From positions 44,867,195 to 44,931,194 of the forward strand of contig CM074513.1 of assembly GCA_037379345.1 (NCBI GenBank): a DNA stretch of 64,000 nt, written 5' to 3'. Below are positions 14,148 through 27,449 of this stretch, one piece after another (positions within the stretch are counted from its first letter, which is position 1; every line of letters starts with the position of its first letter). The translations under genes and the position numbers were made by a program. The DNA is from Perna viridis (taxonomy: Eukaryota). The notes beneath the pieces were generated by a model. The model was not told the origin of the DNA, made no database searches, and saw nothing but the letters and a program-made list of their open reading frames with translations.

Positions 14148-14328
14148 CAAAAATATAATCAATGAATTCTTACATATCTATATCAGTTTGAAGTGCAAGT
14201 TTTATGTTTTTTTTTTTACTTTTATCTGAAATAAAAAAAGGAAGTTAGCGATAATGTTACTTGTGTTTATGCAACTAGTGCAATGTTTTCGAGTTAGTTA
14301 TACTATTTCAAGGTGTACTTCTTTCTTT

Positions 14329-14333
<5 letters not shown>

Positions 14334-14361
<28 letters not shown>
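14334..14361. repeat. (CA)n microsatellite
   Basis: Direct reading. Confidence 0.9.
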
Positions 14362-17300
14362 TATGGTATAGATGAATGATAAGTGTAATATTTTATTCTT
14401 GTTTTTAGTAGCATTTTGATTATATTTTTTATTGGTTTGTACCTTTGCTTTCCGTTTTTGACTAGGTCGACAAAATAAAATACAACTTTTTTAGTCATTT
14501 GTTTGACTAATAACTTCTTATTTTATGCAAACAATATTACAAACGGTTAGAATCCTTTTTATCTTACTTAGGCTTGTAGTCGGATGAATACACAGCATAC
14601 ATTATATTTCTGTGCATAGTTTTGATATAACTAACACATTTTGGGTAAAAATATGAATACAACTTTATTCATTGTCGATTCAAATGACGATGGAATTTCA
14701 TTTATTTGATAGTAAGATATTCTTAATAAAGGGATTTTTGATGATGTATTTGAACGATTTAAACTCTGATTTCCATTGAATGTAAGAAGTTGAAAAATCA
14801 AGATGATAAAGGTCTATTTTGTAGGCGTCTTTTAAGTTAAAAATGTACCCCAATGAAAACTATTCAAATGCATACAAATACGAACAACTCGATTCAATAT
14901 CTACTGCTGGTGAACATTGTTCATGAGAATGACAAATACGTATCGAATTTTGTTTGTCTTAATTGCACTTTATATTATCTAAAAATGTTGTTGATAAACT
15001 GCGATGGCCTACCAGTTTCTTCGTCCTAACATTTTTGCATCCACATAAAGTACCCGTATATTACTACCATTTGATGAAGCAATATAATAGGTTATTCCTC
15101 TAAATTTCAACTTAGTAAGTGATTAAATTTTGCACATGGCTTTTAACCACCTATGTGGTTGTTACATTTTGAAGAGAGGTTGTTTCCAGCTTTTTTCCGA
15201 GGTTTCTATAGTTTTCATTGAATAAATTAATTCTCTTGTATAAGGGTTCTAACATATTAGGGTAAACTTGATTGTTGCAAATTTTAATTATCGTTTATTA
15301 ACCTATTGATTTCATAATGGATACATTTGCCTTATTATTATGACAACATACTTTACATTATTTTCTTTGCCGGTCCATTATAAGTTTAACCGGCTATTAC
15401 GAGTTACTATGGCTTCTCAAACGAGTCATTATGGGTCATTTTAGCTTTTCGGACTGGTCCCTTTTTTGACTTTCTAAAGATGGCCATGTTACATCATTAG
15501 GTAAACAAAAACAGGTACAATTGTAGTGATGTCAATTCCAGTTTATAAATATAATTTCCTGTTAACATGATATAGAAATAAGCAAAAAATTATTTTGTTA
15601 TTTTAAGCTTAAACTGAGTACATGTATTTAGAAAATGTATTGTTACTAAAATTCCATGTATGTGACTACTAAGAAAATCAGCATTTTTTTTAAAACAGGT
15701 TAATTAATGTATTAAGAAATGTGTTTTTCTTTATAATAGTATTATGATGATAACACATTATGGAAAACACATTTATTAATACTATGATATTGGAAATAGA
15801 AATATTTGAATTTATTGTACGCGAATAACATTCCATTTGAATATCTAACTGTGAAATAACAGTAAAGTGTACTTACGGTGTAATTATTGCTTACAATTTA
15901 TTCAATTAAAAAAGCATAAAAAGCTTAAAATTAATATACATGTACAAGTTAATATTTTTGGTAATTTTTACTTTTCATGTGTTGCCTTCGAAAGCAAGAT
16001 TTTCTACAATTGAATGAATTTATGTACTTGAATTTGAATAGCTTGCGGAAATTTTAGGGATTAATTATTCCAAAAATTTAAACTTTGACATCTATTTGAA
16101 TATAGAAAATAAACTTGAACGTCAGCTGTACAAGCAATCATGATGACACATGTTTGTTTAGCTCCTTCTGGTTTAGGGCGTCTTCTACTGCATATATTTG
16201 GTCAAAACAAATTCATTACAATATTTGCACAGTGTTGCTTTGTATGATTTTTGTGACCCTTCTCATGATCATTTACAACGCTAAGTATAGATAATATACC
16301 GTTACACAGCAACTATCATCCTAACAAGTAAAAAGGTCGAGAGTTTTATAGGATCAAACAGTTAAACAAGCAATTCAATATTTCTTAATTGAAAAAAATG
16401 CAAGTTTCGGGATGGTAGATATATTGACAATTTGGGAGAAAGTTGGACAACTGCCCACTGCATTATTTTGGTATCAACTAAAATCTAGACTTTACCATTA
16501 TAAATCATTATACTGTATCGACAAAATCCTGTAGGTCGCCATACCGGAATGATAAAATATGGATTTCCGCCGCAGTCTACCAGATAAAGCACCCTTATAA
16601 ATCCGAAAGTAGAATAAAGTATGTTTTTGTATTTACAAATGTAAGTCGGTTTTTTTTATACAACTTGGAAAACGTTTTTATGGGACCGATAAGAGAACAT
16701 TGTTAAGCGCATTTATGTCATTCAGACGAATAAATTTACTTTTTTGGTGATATATTTTCAGACCTGACATATCTACTAGACAAATATCACATTCTCGCTT
16801 CCAAGTACTATTTATTCCACATCATTTTAGATTGTATCCGACTTATTCAAGGCGCAAACTGTCTTATGAAAATAAATACATTATAGTAGACCGTGTTAAG
16901 GAATATAGGACTAGGAATGGGATATCGATCCTGGACAAAGACAAGACCAAAGCAACCCACATTATACCATAAATAACACAAATCAACAAAACATGTACAC
17001 GAGTTTATCACTAAAAACCGGTAGTGTTGACCACTTGCGCTTGAATGGTAGGTGTCCTCTGCATTTCTTTTTTTTTTGCACTTGAAGTTTAAAGTACAAT
17101 AGGATAGAGAAACAGAAGATTGGCTTGCTCCTATTTGATAACCCTCTGACAAGTTGATATTTAAAGTAGGAAGAGCTAGATAAACGATTAAAAAAAAAAC
17201 AAACAAAATGAACGCCTTCTTAATCGGAGGTGATTAAGACCAATGAATTTTTTTTTAATTGAATGCATCTCTAAACACAATTGTATGATGTGAATAGATA

Positions 17301-19920
17301 AAGTAGCATCACATCGTGTAGCTAAAGACTATAGATAGGAGTGGGTGTTGTTATGCTGGGTAGATGAGTAAGGACATTTGTATTGCATATTTCTAGTGTG
17401 AACTTTCTTTATAGTAATATCACTTTCAATTGACAACGAATAAAAATGCAAATTGGTAAGAATACTTCTAATATTTGTACCAACTTTAGCTAGTCATGCA
17501 TTCAATGTTTGGTGAATTATTCAACAACAGTAGTTCAAGCCTTTAAACCACTATGACACACGTATCTTTTGTTATTTCTTGAGTAAAACGCCACAAGTAT
17601 TCAGTATAACTCAATAACTAAATCGCCGAAATGTTTAGCTTTTAAAATCTTGGAACATATACATACATAAGTTCGGGATAAGACTAATTCAGATATTTAT
17701 GACGGACAGTATAAATGTATTCCATATTCAATAAATATATAGATAAAGGAAATGTTAACCTAATGCCAACTATGTAATGCAAGTTTTTCATATCGCATTC
17801 AATCCGCTGTGGAATGTATCATGTCACTGATATATACATCCAAAGGATTGGATATCTAAATTATATTGGAATTTCAACGGCTTGACCTGTATATACCTAT
17901 TTATGAAACATAATTTTAACGAAATCAGGATAACATGCTGATTTTTTTGTTGTCGAGAATACAAAACTAGGCGGACATTATCATCAATATTCATAGAACG
18001 CTTACTTTTTTTGTTTGCGTAAAAAATCAAGAAATGTTTCATTAAAATCGACAACGGTAGTCAAATTCTACGTTTTGATGTATCCGTGCGATCGGTTGAC
18101 ATGATTTTACAATACTTATGATTGGTCATAGTTAATTCAATCCTAGACTAAACGAGGAGGACCTACACACTCCAGAACAAAACTTTATCTATGATTACAT
18201 AATATTGTAATGTAATCAACCTTCTTACATAGTTGACACCATAGTCAATAAACGATACTTGATTAAAATAGTTCAAGACGCCATTATCATGTAATCGGCT
18301 TCATACTATAGAAATTCCTTATTATACGTTACGTTATGTGTTCACAAAATATATAAAGAACCTGTATACCGTTATTTTAATCATTTTGTGTTCAAGATTT
18401 ACCCACTATTTATATTTTTATACGTATTAGTTACCAGCAAATTCGATTGTAATTTTTCATTACCTTTCCAGACGCCATTCGGTTAAAACAACCGCTACAA
18501 CAAGTATAAAATTCTTGACGTTGTTCGTAATAATTAAGATTTATCTTGAACTATTTAGAGCCTCGGACCCATTCCGTATGGACGTTATATATATATTAGA
18601 AACATGATAGAAACAAGAACGGACTTTGTGAAACGCAACAAATGCACCATCGTATAACCTTAATACAAAATAGTAAATAGTTTCAAGTATAAATATACCT
18701 TTTAGCTCTGAGAGGTCCGACATCGTAAATTAAAAATTTTCGAGGTAAAAAACAATGACACATACTTTAAAATAAACTAATAAGTAAAATAACGACAAGA
18801 AGACACATCAATGACCAACATGAACAGGCGAATGTCTGCGGTAGGGTTAAACTAATTTTTTCATGTTTTAGCCACGCCTTAACCATCTCTCTTTAATATT
18901 TTAATCTAAAATAAACTGAAACAACAAACACACCATGAAACTCAATGAATAACAACTCCAATTCTCTACATGGAATACCCCAACACCACACACCAACGAG
19001 ACAAAATGAGACACTCACATCTTAAAGAACGCTCGCAGTTACTGAGAGCTACAAATGTAGCTTAGAAAATATTAAAAATGACAAATACCAGAAAAACTAC
19101 CAGCGTTAGGCTTAGTCGGTCACTACAATTCAAGTGGACTGGATTTGGAGTAGTGACAACATTTGATGTAGTCCAATAACTAAAACAATGATTAAGGTTT
19201 TACGTGGAGATGCCCATGGAATATTTTGCAGGTTTATTTTGTTTCTTTCATTATTAATGTTCTTTTTTATATTTAGCCAATTTTGTCAACAAAAGTTATA
19301 TTCAATAATCGATTTGTTAGTTTAAAAAATGTGTTGGCTTTCAATTTTATATATTCGTACGTTTCCCCTCGACTTCCTTATCATCTTGCTATTTATCAGT
19401 CCACTATGAAGCAGCGATGAAGCGATCAAGATGATGCATGATGTTGATGATAAAAAAATGAAATCATTCCACTTCCTTGCAAAATGTTGATGTCGTGTAG
19501 CAAACAAAATAGTACGCTTGTCAATTATACACACCCTAGAAAAGCTAAACCAATAAAGGACATAACATTAAAAGGAAATACTTGAAATATATTATATGAA
19601 ATTCTGCGGTAATGCGATAACAAGCTTAAAGCCGAAATGGATCCCTTCATTTCCTAGCAATCCCAACTGAACGCTTCACAAATAAAAAAATCGACATACT
19701 TCGTGGAAAAAGTAAGTGGTCGTCCACCCTTCTACGAAATACTTCATATTAAGGAATGTTTATTTCTTTAAAAATAAAGCAAATCCATAACAAAGATGAA
19801 TATTTTTTTAATGTAAATATAACTTTGGTTCAAAATTGCAGGTGTCACTTAAACATGGAACGTTTAACGTAAAAAGAACGATATCATCACATCAAAAGAA
19901 ATAGACATTAAATCACATTT

Positions 19921-20050
19921 NNNNNNNNNNNNNNNNNNNNNNNNNNNNNNNNNNNNNNNNNNNNNNNNNNNNNNNNNNNNNNNNNNNNNNNNNNNNNNNN
20001 NNNNNNNNNNNNNNNNNNNNNNNNNNNNNNNNNNNNNNNNNNNNNNNNNN
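19921..20050. other. Assembly gap (N run)
   Basis: 130 N. Confidence 1.
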
Positions 20051-21003
20051 ATGTATATGTACTTCTAATTAAGAGAAGTTTCTGGCGAAGGGATCTTGCT
20101 CACTGACAGAATTGTTACGTTACATGTACACCATCATCATTGTTAACGTTACTGCATTTGTTATCAACTCATTAATTCAGTTTCGGATAAAAATAATGGG
20201 AAATAAATGGTTGTAAATGTCGTATTGTTCGAGTTTTGGAATGAAATGAAATTAAATGCTAGTATATGACTACATCAATACTATTCATTACAATTGTTAA
20301 AAGTAAAATATATTTTGCCGCATACAGTAGGTATAAACCTATAGATTCACTAGTGTCATGCCATACAAGAAGCCATACTAATCCGCAGAATATTTATAAG
20401 TTTATTGACATTTTCGTAAGTGAAGAATGAATTTTGTTTTTCATTTTTCATATTGATAATCTAAATTTTTTACATAGTAAGAATACAATTTAATATGGAA
20501 CAGATATCCACGCTCGTTAAGAATGTTGTTTACCCAGTTTAAAATTTTTCAGTAGTATTTAGTGACTATTAATCATTCATCTTATATCATGCACATCTTT
20601 GCATACGCCTTGGATGGAAGAGAATGGCAGAGATTTAATGCAGCGATTTTATCTAATCCGGGAGTGTGTGGCGAATCTCTACAGTAGCTCCATACCATAC
20701 ATTCCAGTCGAAATTTAAATCTTAAAAATAGGAAACCAAAGATTAAAAATAGAACACATTAAAGCAAGGGATGGATAAAAAAGTAGTGTTTGGTTAATAA
20801 AACACATTGCGTAAATTCTTGCATGAATGAGTATGTTTACCGTTGTAAAGATATAATGTAATTTATGTCAAGTTCGGGTCAAACTCTGTATCATTCATCC
20901 GGAAATGGTTTCCATATATGGAAAATTTTATTAATGAAAAAGAATTAGTAAGTACCGCCTTCTTGTTAATGACATTCCCTATTAAATCAAATAAAATGAC
21001 AGG

Positions 21004-21011
21004 TATATAAA
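21004..21011 (+). promoter_or_regulatory. Probable TATA box of gene 1
   Basis: TATATAAA about 100 bp upstream of ATG 21107. Confidence 0.55.
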
Positions 21012-21106
21012 GGGAGAAAATGCAGGTGCACTTCATCAAAAATCAAATTACGATTTGTGCTTTTAAGAACTGTTATATATTGTACCACTTGAGTATTTAC
21101 ACAAAA

Positions 21107-21133
21107 ATGGACTTCGCATTATTTTTGCTCCTG
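21107..21133 (+). CDS. Gene 1 exon 1 (signal peptide start)
   Basis: ACAAAAATGG start context, MDFALFLLL, donor GTAAGT at 21134, TATA box about 100 bp upstream. Confidence 0.8.
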
Positions 21134-23278
21134 GTAAGTGTTAATTTAAGCTAAATAATAATGAATATATTTGTTGTATTTTGTTGAAAAAAATAAATTC
21201 TGTTAAAGATACATATTATATTTTTTACCAAATATAACTACAATGCCACATATTATCGTTTTTAGTAAAACACAATTTCACAATTTTTCAAACCGTGACT
21301 TACTATATCCTTTCTTCCTATGTAGGTTATTAATGGAGTTTTTAGTGCCCCGATGTCGAACAGTAACGGCCAAGATACAACAGTTTCAACTGAATGTAAG
21401 TATTTATACTTTTCATGGCCTAAATTTTAACCTTTGTACTTACTGTTTTTATTCTGTTGTAAGATTGTAGTGGCTCTTTTTATGACTTTTTATTTACAAA
21501 TTTATACAAGAACAAGCATTTTTTCTTACACCAAGGTTGCATTGGTTTAATAATCTGTTTTATGCTACAAATCTTTTGACCTATGTTTTGCAGGGTGCGG
21601 TGGCAAGCCAGCAGATATATTTTTTCTTCTGGATTCATCTTCTAGTATTTGGATTTACGACTATAAAAAGCAGCTTCAGTTCATAAGCGACGTAGTCGAT
21701 ATTTTCGAAATCTCATCAGAGCAGACACGGATAGCAGTTTCCGCATTCTCCCATTTCTACAGACCCTTCATTCATTTTGATAGTTACGACAACAAAAAGG
21801 ACTTGCAAAAAGCAATAAAGAAAGTTCCTTATCTCCGTGGTCAAACATACACAGGAAAGGCTTTAGAAAGGATGGCAACATCAGGATTCGCAAAAGCCCG
21901 TACAGGCGTTGCACATATTGCTATAGTCCTTACCGACGGAGTTTCTGCTAATAAGGACGAAACTAAGAAAGAAGCAGAAAACCTGAAGAAAAAGGGAATA
22001 TATATATTTTCTGTTGGTATCGGAAACAAGGTTGATAAGGAGGAACTTAGAGCCATTGGTAGCGAGCCATCAGATGATTTCGTTTATGATGTTGCTTCTT
22101 TTGACATGTTGAAAACCATCAGAGAGACACTTGCCTTCAAAGCTTGCAATGGTATTTATTTCCTTAATGTCTAAACAAAATTATAGTTTTAGTATCTTAA
22201 AAGGTAATAACAATAATATTTGCAAATTAATCTGAAAACTTTTCTTACAGAAATGTAATAATTTTAACGAAGCAATTTAAGGGTCATTTAACAACCTTGT
22301 TTTGAGATTGTCGCTCATGTTGTAATGTTGTCATATATAACTGCATCGCTATCTACTGAAACACAATCTTTTTTTTTAAGTCGAGCCAGTAACAACAGAG
22401 GCCCCACTACAGATGGATCACCCGGCTTGTGGACTTCGGGAAAAAGCTGATATGATGTTTTGTTTCGATTCTGCAGCCTCTGGAACCCAACGCTCTAGAA
22501 TTGTTTACAAATTCATAACAGAATTAACCGATGAATTCAACATGGATGATAGCAGCATAAGAGTAGGTGTTGCATCTAGGAATTGTCACGAGCATGACAT
22601 TCATTTAAATGACTACATTCAAAAAGATGCTCTATTGGATGCCATCAATTCTATTGAGTACAGAGGTCTTGCACCAGTAATACACAATATGCGAAAGCAT
22701 GCATTTAGTGAGTCACATGGTGGTCGGGCAGAAGCAAAGAAAATAGCTGTTCTTTTTGTGGACGAGGATACTGATAAGTTAGAGTTCGTCATTCAGGAGG
22801 CTGAAGAAGCAAAAAAGCAAGGCATCGAAGTCTATGTTGTTTCAATTGGACAGGTGGACATTTCAGCGCTTAGAAAAATAGCCAGCGAACCCGTTGGAAA
22901 CCACGTTATAAAGGTTTCATCTTACAAAGATATTCCTATGCTTAAGGAAGACTTCATCAACAGTGTATGTCAAGGTAGGCATCGTTCTCTATCCGAATTA
23001 AAACTGATGCAAATAATGTCGTTCAGTTTACTAACAAAACATTTTAATTGGCTAGACTTGTAACATCAATACAGTTCATACAGACTTGATAAAAACCGTT
23101 AGTAAGATATGAAAGATATATAAATGCTTAAAACATCACTCAGAAAATCACTCTGTGCATCTTAACAGAGTCGGTATTACCGAGCTACAAAAGTAAAATT
23201 TGTAAATTAGAAACGCCTTTTTCTTTGAATCGCTTTCCAGTTCTTTAATGATTTATTTTCTTCATTGCAGATTTGTGA
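21107..23278 (+). CDS. Gene 1: secreted two-VWA-domain matrix protein (collagen VI/matrilin/PTMP1-like architecture), 5 coding exons, 418 aa
   Basis: Manual splice model with GT/AG junctions and consistent phases: 21107-21133 (MDFALFLLL), 21326-21395 (VINGVFSAPMSNSNGQDTTVSTE), 21594-22151 (VWA1), 22381-22974 (VWA2), 23271-23278 (DL*). Total 1257 nt = 419 codons. Hydrophobic signal peptide ends near ...GVFSA. Confidence 0.88.
21326..21395 (+). CDS. Gene 1 exon 2 (signal peptide end plus S/T/N-rich linker)
   Basis: Pyrimidine tract with TAG acceptor, donor GTAAGT at 21396, phase 0 in and phase 1 out. Confidence 0.8.
21594..22151 (+). CDS. Gene 1 exon 3: VWA domain with intact MIDAS
   Basis: CGGKPADIFFLLDSSSSIW (DxSxS), GQTYTG (MIDAS T), IVLTDG (MIDAS D), ends AFKAC. 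Acceptor TTTTGCAG, donor GTATTT. Confidence 0.93.
22381..22974 (+). CDS. Gene 1 exon 4: linker plus degenerate (MIDAS-less) VWA domain
   Basis: VEPVTTEAPLQMDHPACGLREKADMMFCFDSAASG...RVGV...AVLFVDE...GIEVYVVSIG...SVCQ. Acceptor TTTTTTTAAG, donor GTAGGC. Confidence 0.92.
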
Positions 23279-25459
23279 AGAATCGAAGAAAAGAATGTTG
23301 GAAAATCTTTAATACTCAGGGATTGTGCAATCAAAATGAAAAGTGAACAATATTTAAAACTATCAGAGAATTGAACGGTGAATTATTACTGTAAGATTAT
23401 TTTATCGTGCGGGTACTTTTGTTCTGTTACGAGAATTTATGGGACCATGTAGAAGACTTGTCATGTTTTGTTTTATTTCATATGCTTGCTGATTATAAGC
23501 TTTAGGAATAAATTTAGAATGTAAATACTCACTTCATATGCATCTAAACCAACCAGAATGGAAATTGGGTTTCAATCAGCCAATGTACCTATTTGATTGT
23601 GAGCATACTTTTGATTTTCTAATACACAGGGTATAATTATGTTTTACAAACCAGCTTTGACTAGTGTGACGGATTCATACGGGTACCATTTGTATCATTC
23701 AGAATACCATCAGAGATGCATTTTCCTATTGAAAGTCTAGCTAAAAAAATTGTACATGGATTTATTTTGTCTTCATTTGTTTTGTCATCTAGATCTATAT
23801 CTATAATAATAATTGATTATTTCATAAATAAATTGTTCGCTTTTTTACTTTTATCGAAAAAAAGTATTTAGTTTAAACCTTATACATGGACTATTCTACT
23901 GTAAATTAGCGATGCACTTATGGTAGAAAGTCCATGTATAACGAGACGGGTGGTGTCGTAAGGGAATGAGTTCGCATGTCATAGTTTAAACGTGATCATT
24001 TTTTTTAAAAATTTTTATATTGAATTGTACAAAATAAGATTATCAAGTTGCTTATCAACTTGGGGTAATATTTTATTTGTTAATACTGTTAACATATCAT
24101 CACCATTTCGTATAATATGTATTAGTGTGTTAAATTCATTTTTGCTTTATAATTATCATTTTTGATAATGTCGATGCCAAAGAAATGTGATACGATATCA
24201 AATGATCTCATACGTTTTTGTTTGTTCTAATTGAGTAATTATATGAAGTATCATCATTTAAGAATGCTGTTGTGTTATCATGTCTGACTGTTTGGTTTAA
24301 TACGTACCAAACATATCTGCTTCTTTTACTTTTGTATATGCTATTATTTAATAAAACTACAAACCAGAGAGTTGTTTAGGTCTCTAAAGCCATCATATGA
24401 TATCGTCTGTATATAACTTTTCACTTAGCTTGTAGGCATCAGATAACGGCTGTTTTAATTACTTTATCTATGAAAAAAAAACAATGGGAAAGTAAAATAT
24501 CTCAATGTAAAACATTATTAGATAAAGCAAACAAAAGAAACAATATAATGAAGGACTGGCTACAAAAATATTCATCTGCTTTGATGATGAAAAGAATACA
24601 TACACACATCACAGAAATGTTCCTTAAGAAAAAGTCGGTACGAAAATAGAAAAGTGTAAGATGATACTGAAAGTACGAGATTATATCCTAGCATGAAAAA
24701 AAATTGTTTGGCAAACGGCATATAATTTTAACAAAACAGCTATTTACTGTTGACAAAAAGGAACTGTTATGGAAAGAGGAATATCCGAGCGGTACGCTCT
24801 CTTCATAAACAAGTATATAAAAGGAATCCTTTAGAAAACTATAATTTAATTAACAGATAATAATTAGTCACGATTGTATAAAAATGTCACAATATTTGAA
24901 TAATGTAATTTACCGCTAAAGTCCGCTTCATGTATATATAAGAAGAGTACGTTGAGGACAAAGTATGGTGATTGTTTCAAGGCTAGTGTCTTTGGTACAT
25001 ACAAAGTTACATGCATAGACCGATGCTATGAATCACTGTAGCTATATATTCCACAAACAACTTCAATATAGCTCAATATAATGCTCCATACTTCTAGGCA
25101 TAACTTTCAAAATCTGTCACTAACGTCAACCCTCAAAAACGTCATAGATTCTTAAAATGCGGGAAACCTTAAAACGTCATTTGGAAACAAAATTCACAAC
25201 AGGAACGAAAGAAAGTGTTTTAACTTATGCCATAACGATGACACATATTTCCTAGATAGAGTCACCAAAAAATGAAAAAAAAAGACTTTCAAATCAAATG
25301 AAGAATGAATTTGTAAAGAATCTGAAATAGCAAAAACAAAAAACAAAAAAAAAACAAAACAAAAAAACAAAAAACAAAAAAAAACCCAAAAAAACAATAA
25401 ACATTGGAGTACTGCTAATTAAACTAGCTAACTTTAGAGAAACTCTACTATGTCTCTTC

Positions 25460-25720
25460 ATTACATGTAACTTTGGTGACTATCTGCTGGTTTCGGCTTT
25501 AATTACATGTAATTTTGGTGAATATCTGCTGATCGTTGGCTTTATCTGCATGTATCTTTGGTGTAAATTTGCTATGCAGCTTTAACCAATATAATTTTGG
25601 TGACAATTTGATGATGTGTGGCTTAAGCTACATGTAATTTTTCTGACTATCTGTTGATTTTTTGCTTTAGTTACATATAACTTGAGTGAAAAGTTCGTGC
25701 TGTAATACTTAATAGTCTAG
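25460..25720. repeat. Degenerate ~41-bp minisatellite
   Basis: Recurrent TTACATGTAA(C/T)TTTGGTGA.TATCTGCTG...GGCTTTA. Confidence 0.7.
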
Positions 25721-25774
25721 CAAAAGATTCGCTTCTTTTAAGATAGAGGTAAGGCTGCTCAAAACAGATTGGGT

Positions 25775-25930
25775 NNNNNNNNNNNNNNNNNNNNNNNNNN
25801 NNNNNNNNNNNNNNNNNNNNNNNNNNNNNNNNNNNNNNNNNNNNNNNNNNNNNNNNNNNNNNNNNNNNNNNNNNNNNNNNNNNNNNNNNNNNNNNNNNNN
25901 NNNNNNNNNNNNNNNNNNNNNNNNNNNNNN
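25775..25930. other. Assembly gap (N run)
   Basis: 156 N. Confidence 1.
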
Positions 25931-26925
25931 TATCAAACACATGGATAATTAAGATCAATTCTGATTTGAACGAAAGTCGAGTTCTCTGCAAAGAACATGT
26001 GTGTCTCTATTGGAGTGCAGATTTTGATAATACGCCAAAATGTCAGTAAACAAGATATTTCTTGATATATTAACATTACCAGGTCGTGGTAAAAACTACC
26101 GTATATGGTAATAGGACCAACAGAATGAAATTTAAAGATAAGCTATACAGTGTATGTTAGAGTTTGTGAGTTAAAATGTCTAAGTTTTGATAAAAAGAAT
26201 GATATTTTTCAATCAAATGTTCTATACGTGATGCCTTTCCCATTCAAGAAATGGGAAAGTCAAACAAATTCGATCCCAGCATTTGTTTTCCTATTTGTGC
26301 ACATACAGATTTAAGCATAAATATGATTAAATAGTATTTTTATAAAGTTATAATAGAACATAATTCACAAGAATCTTAGTCAAATAATGGATACAAACTA
26401 CGGACTTGATTAAGGACGTGCACAGTACTGTGTGACATAATCACATGTAAACCAATTATAAAACGCATAGTCCTGACAATTGATGAACTAATTGTTTTAT
26501 TTATCGACTTAAAAGTACTTTATGTATAAATCAGCTGTGTCTAGACCGATTAATTGTCATTTTTCATTTTCAGAGACAACAGCTTCTGTGCATGTTTTTT
26601 TTATCGATTCTTTGGTCTTATTTGGCAGCTTAAAATAAAGTTGTTATAAACTTTCAAATCTTATCTAGACAACTTCTTGGTAAATTAAAGTGGGACATAT
26701 TGGTATAATTTATGGCAGAGTTCTACCAACAGAGCTTTTTCGATCTAATTTAGAACCCTACCTATTAAGCATTGTATCTGAAGTTGTACTAGTCAATTTT
26801 CAAACTGCAATAAAATGCAATTTGTGACAGTAATAAACTACTTTACAACGATTGTTATTTAAAAGAACTAATTCTCTACATAGATAATAGAACATATACT
26901 ATACAATTTGGCCGAATGCATTAGG

Positions 26926-27449
26926 TTTGTTGTTTGTTTGTTTGTTGGGGTTTAACGTCCGAGCAGCAATATTTCAGCTATATTCAGACGATGAACATGA
27001 AATGGATGATAAAATGAACATGAAATGATGATGAAATGAAAAAGGGATGGGACACAAGGACAATGGGGTCGACAAATTTTGATTGCCACTGGAAATAGGG
27101 AGAGGTGGGTACGGTCGGGCAATTTAGCCTCCTGTGGCGGAGCCTTATGGTTCCTACTCGGGGAGAATACCACAGTAGGGTTCTTTAACGTGCGAGGAAC
27201 GTGGCATCTTTCCCAACACGGTGCACCACTATGGTTTGCGGTCAGGTTTTCCGTATTATAGCCTGACAACCCCAGCATGTAACACGCCAGGGGTACCCCC
27301 ATTCCACCACCTGGGGCACACATCCCAGTTGCTCTGTGGGCAGAGCTCCCTAGTCCCCGGCTAGGGTTCTGAGCACTATTTAGTCGCCTTCTACGACAAG
27401 CTTAGCGCTGCTGCAGGCCTATTCTTTTAACACCCGGACCTGCACGGGA
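26926..27449 (-). mobile_element. ~520-bp non-autonomous retroposon (SINE-like, probably I/Nimb-LINE-derived), copy A
   Basis: 14-bp TSD CCGAATGCATTAGG at 26912-26925 and 27450-27463, (AAAC)n tail, near-identical inverted copy at 40831-41351. Confidence 0.9.

Noticed and set aside
17750-18730. Possible decayed LRR/Toll-like or other coding relic on the minus strand
   Set aside because: Only isolated short motifs amid many stops, which cannot be supported without a search.
25671-25991. ORFs spanning X runs
   Set aside because: Artefacts of the N gap.
26952-27323. Duplicated small ORFs (also 40928-41327) as a conserved microprotein
   Set aside because: They lie in the two retroposon copies, and indels between the copies break the frames.
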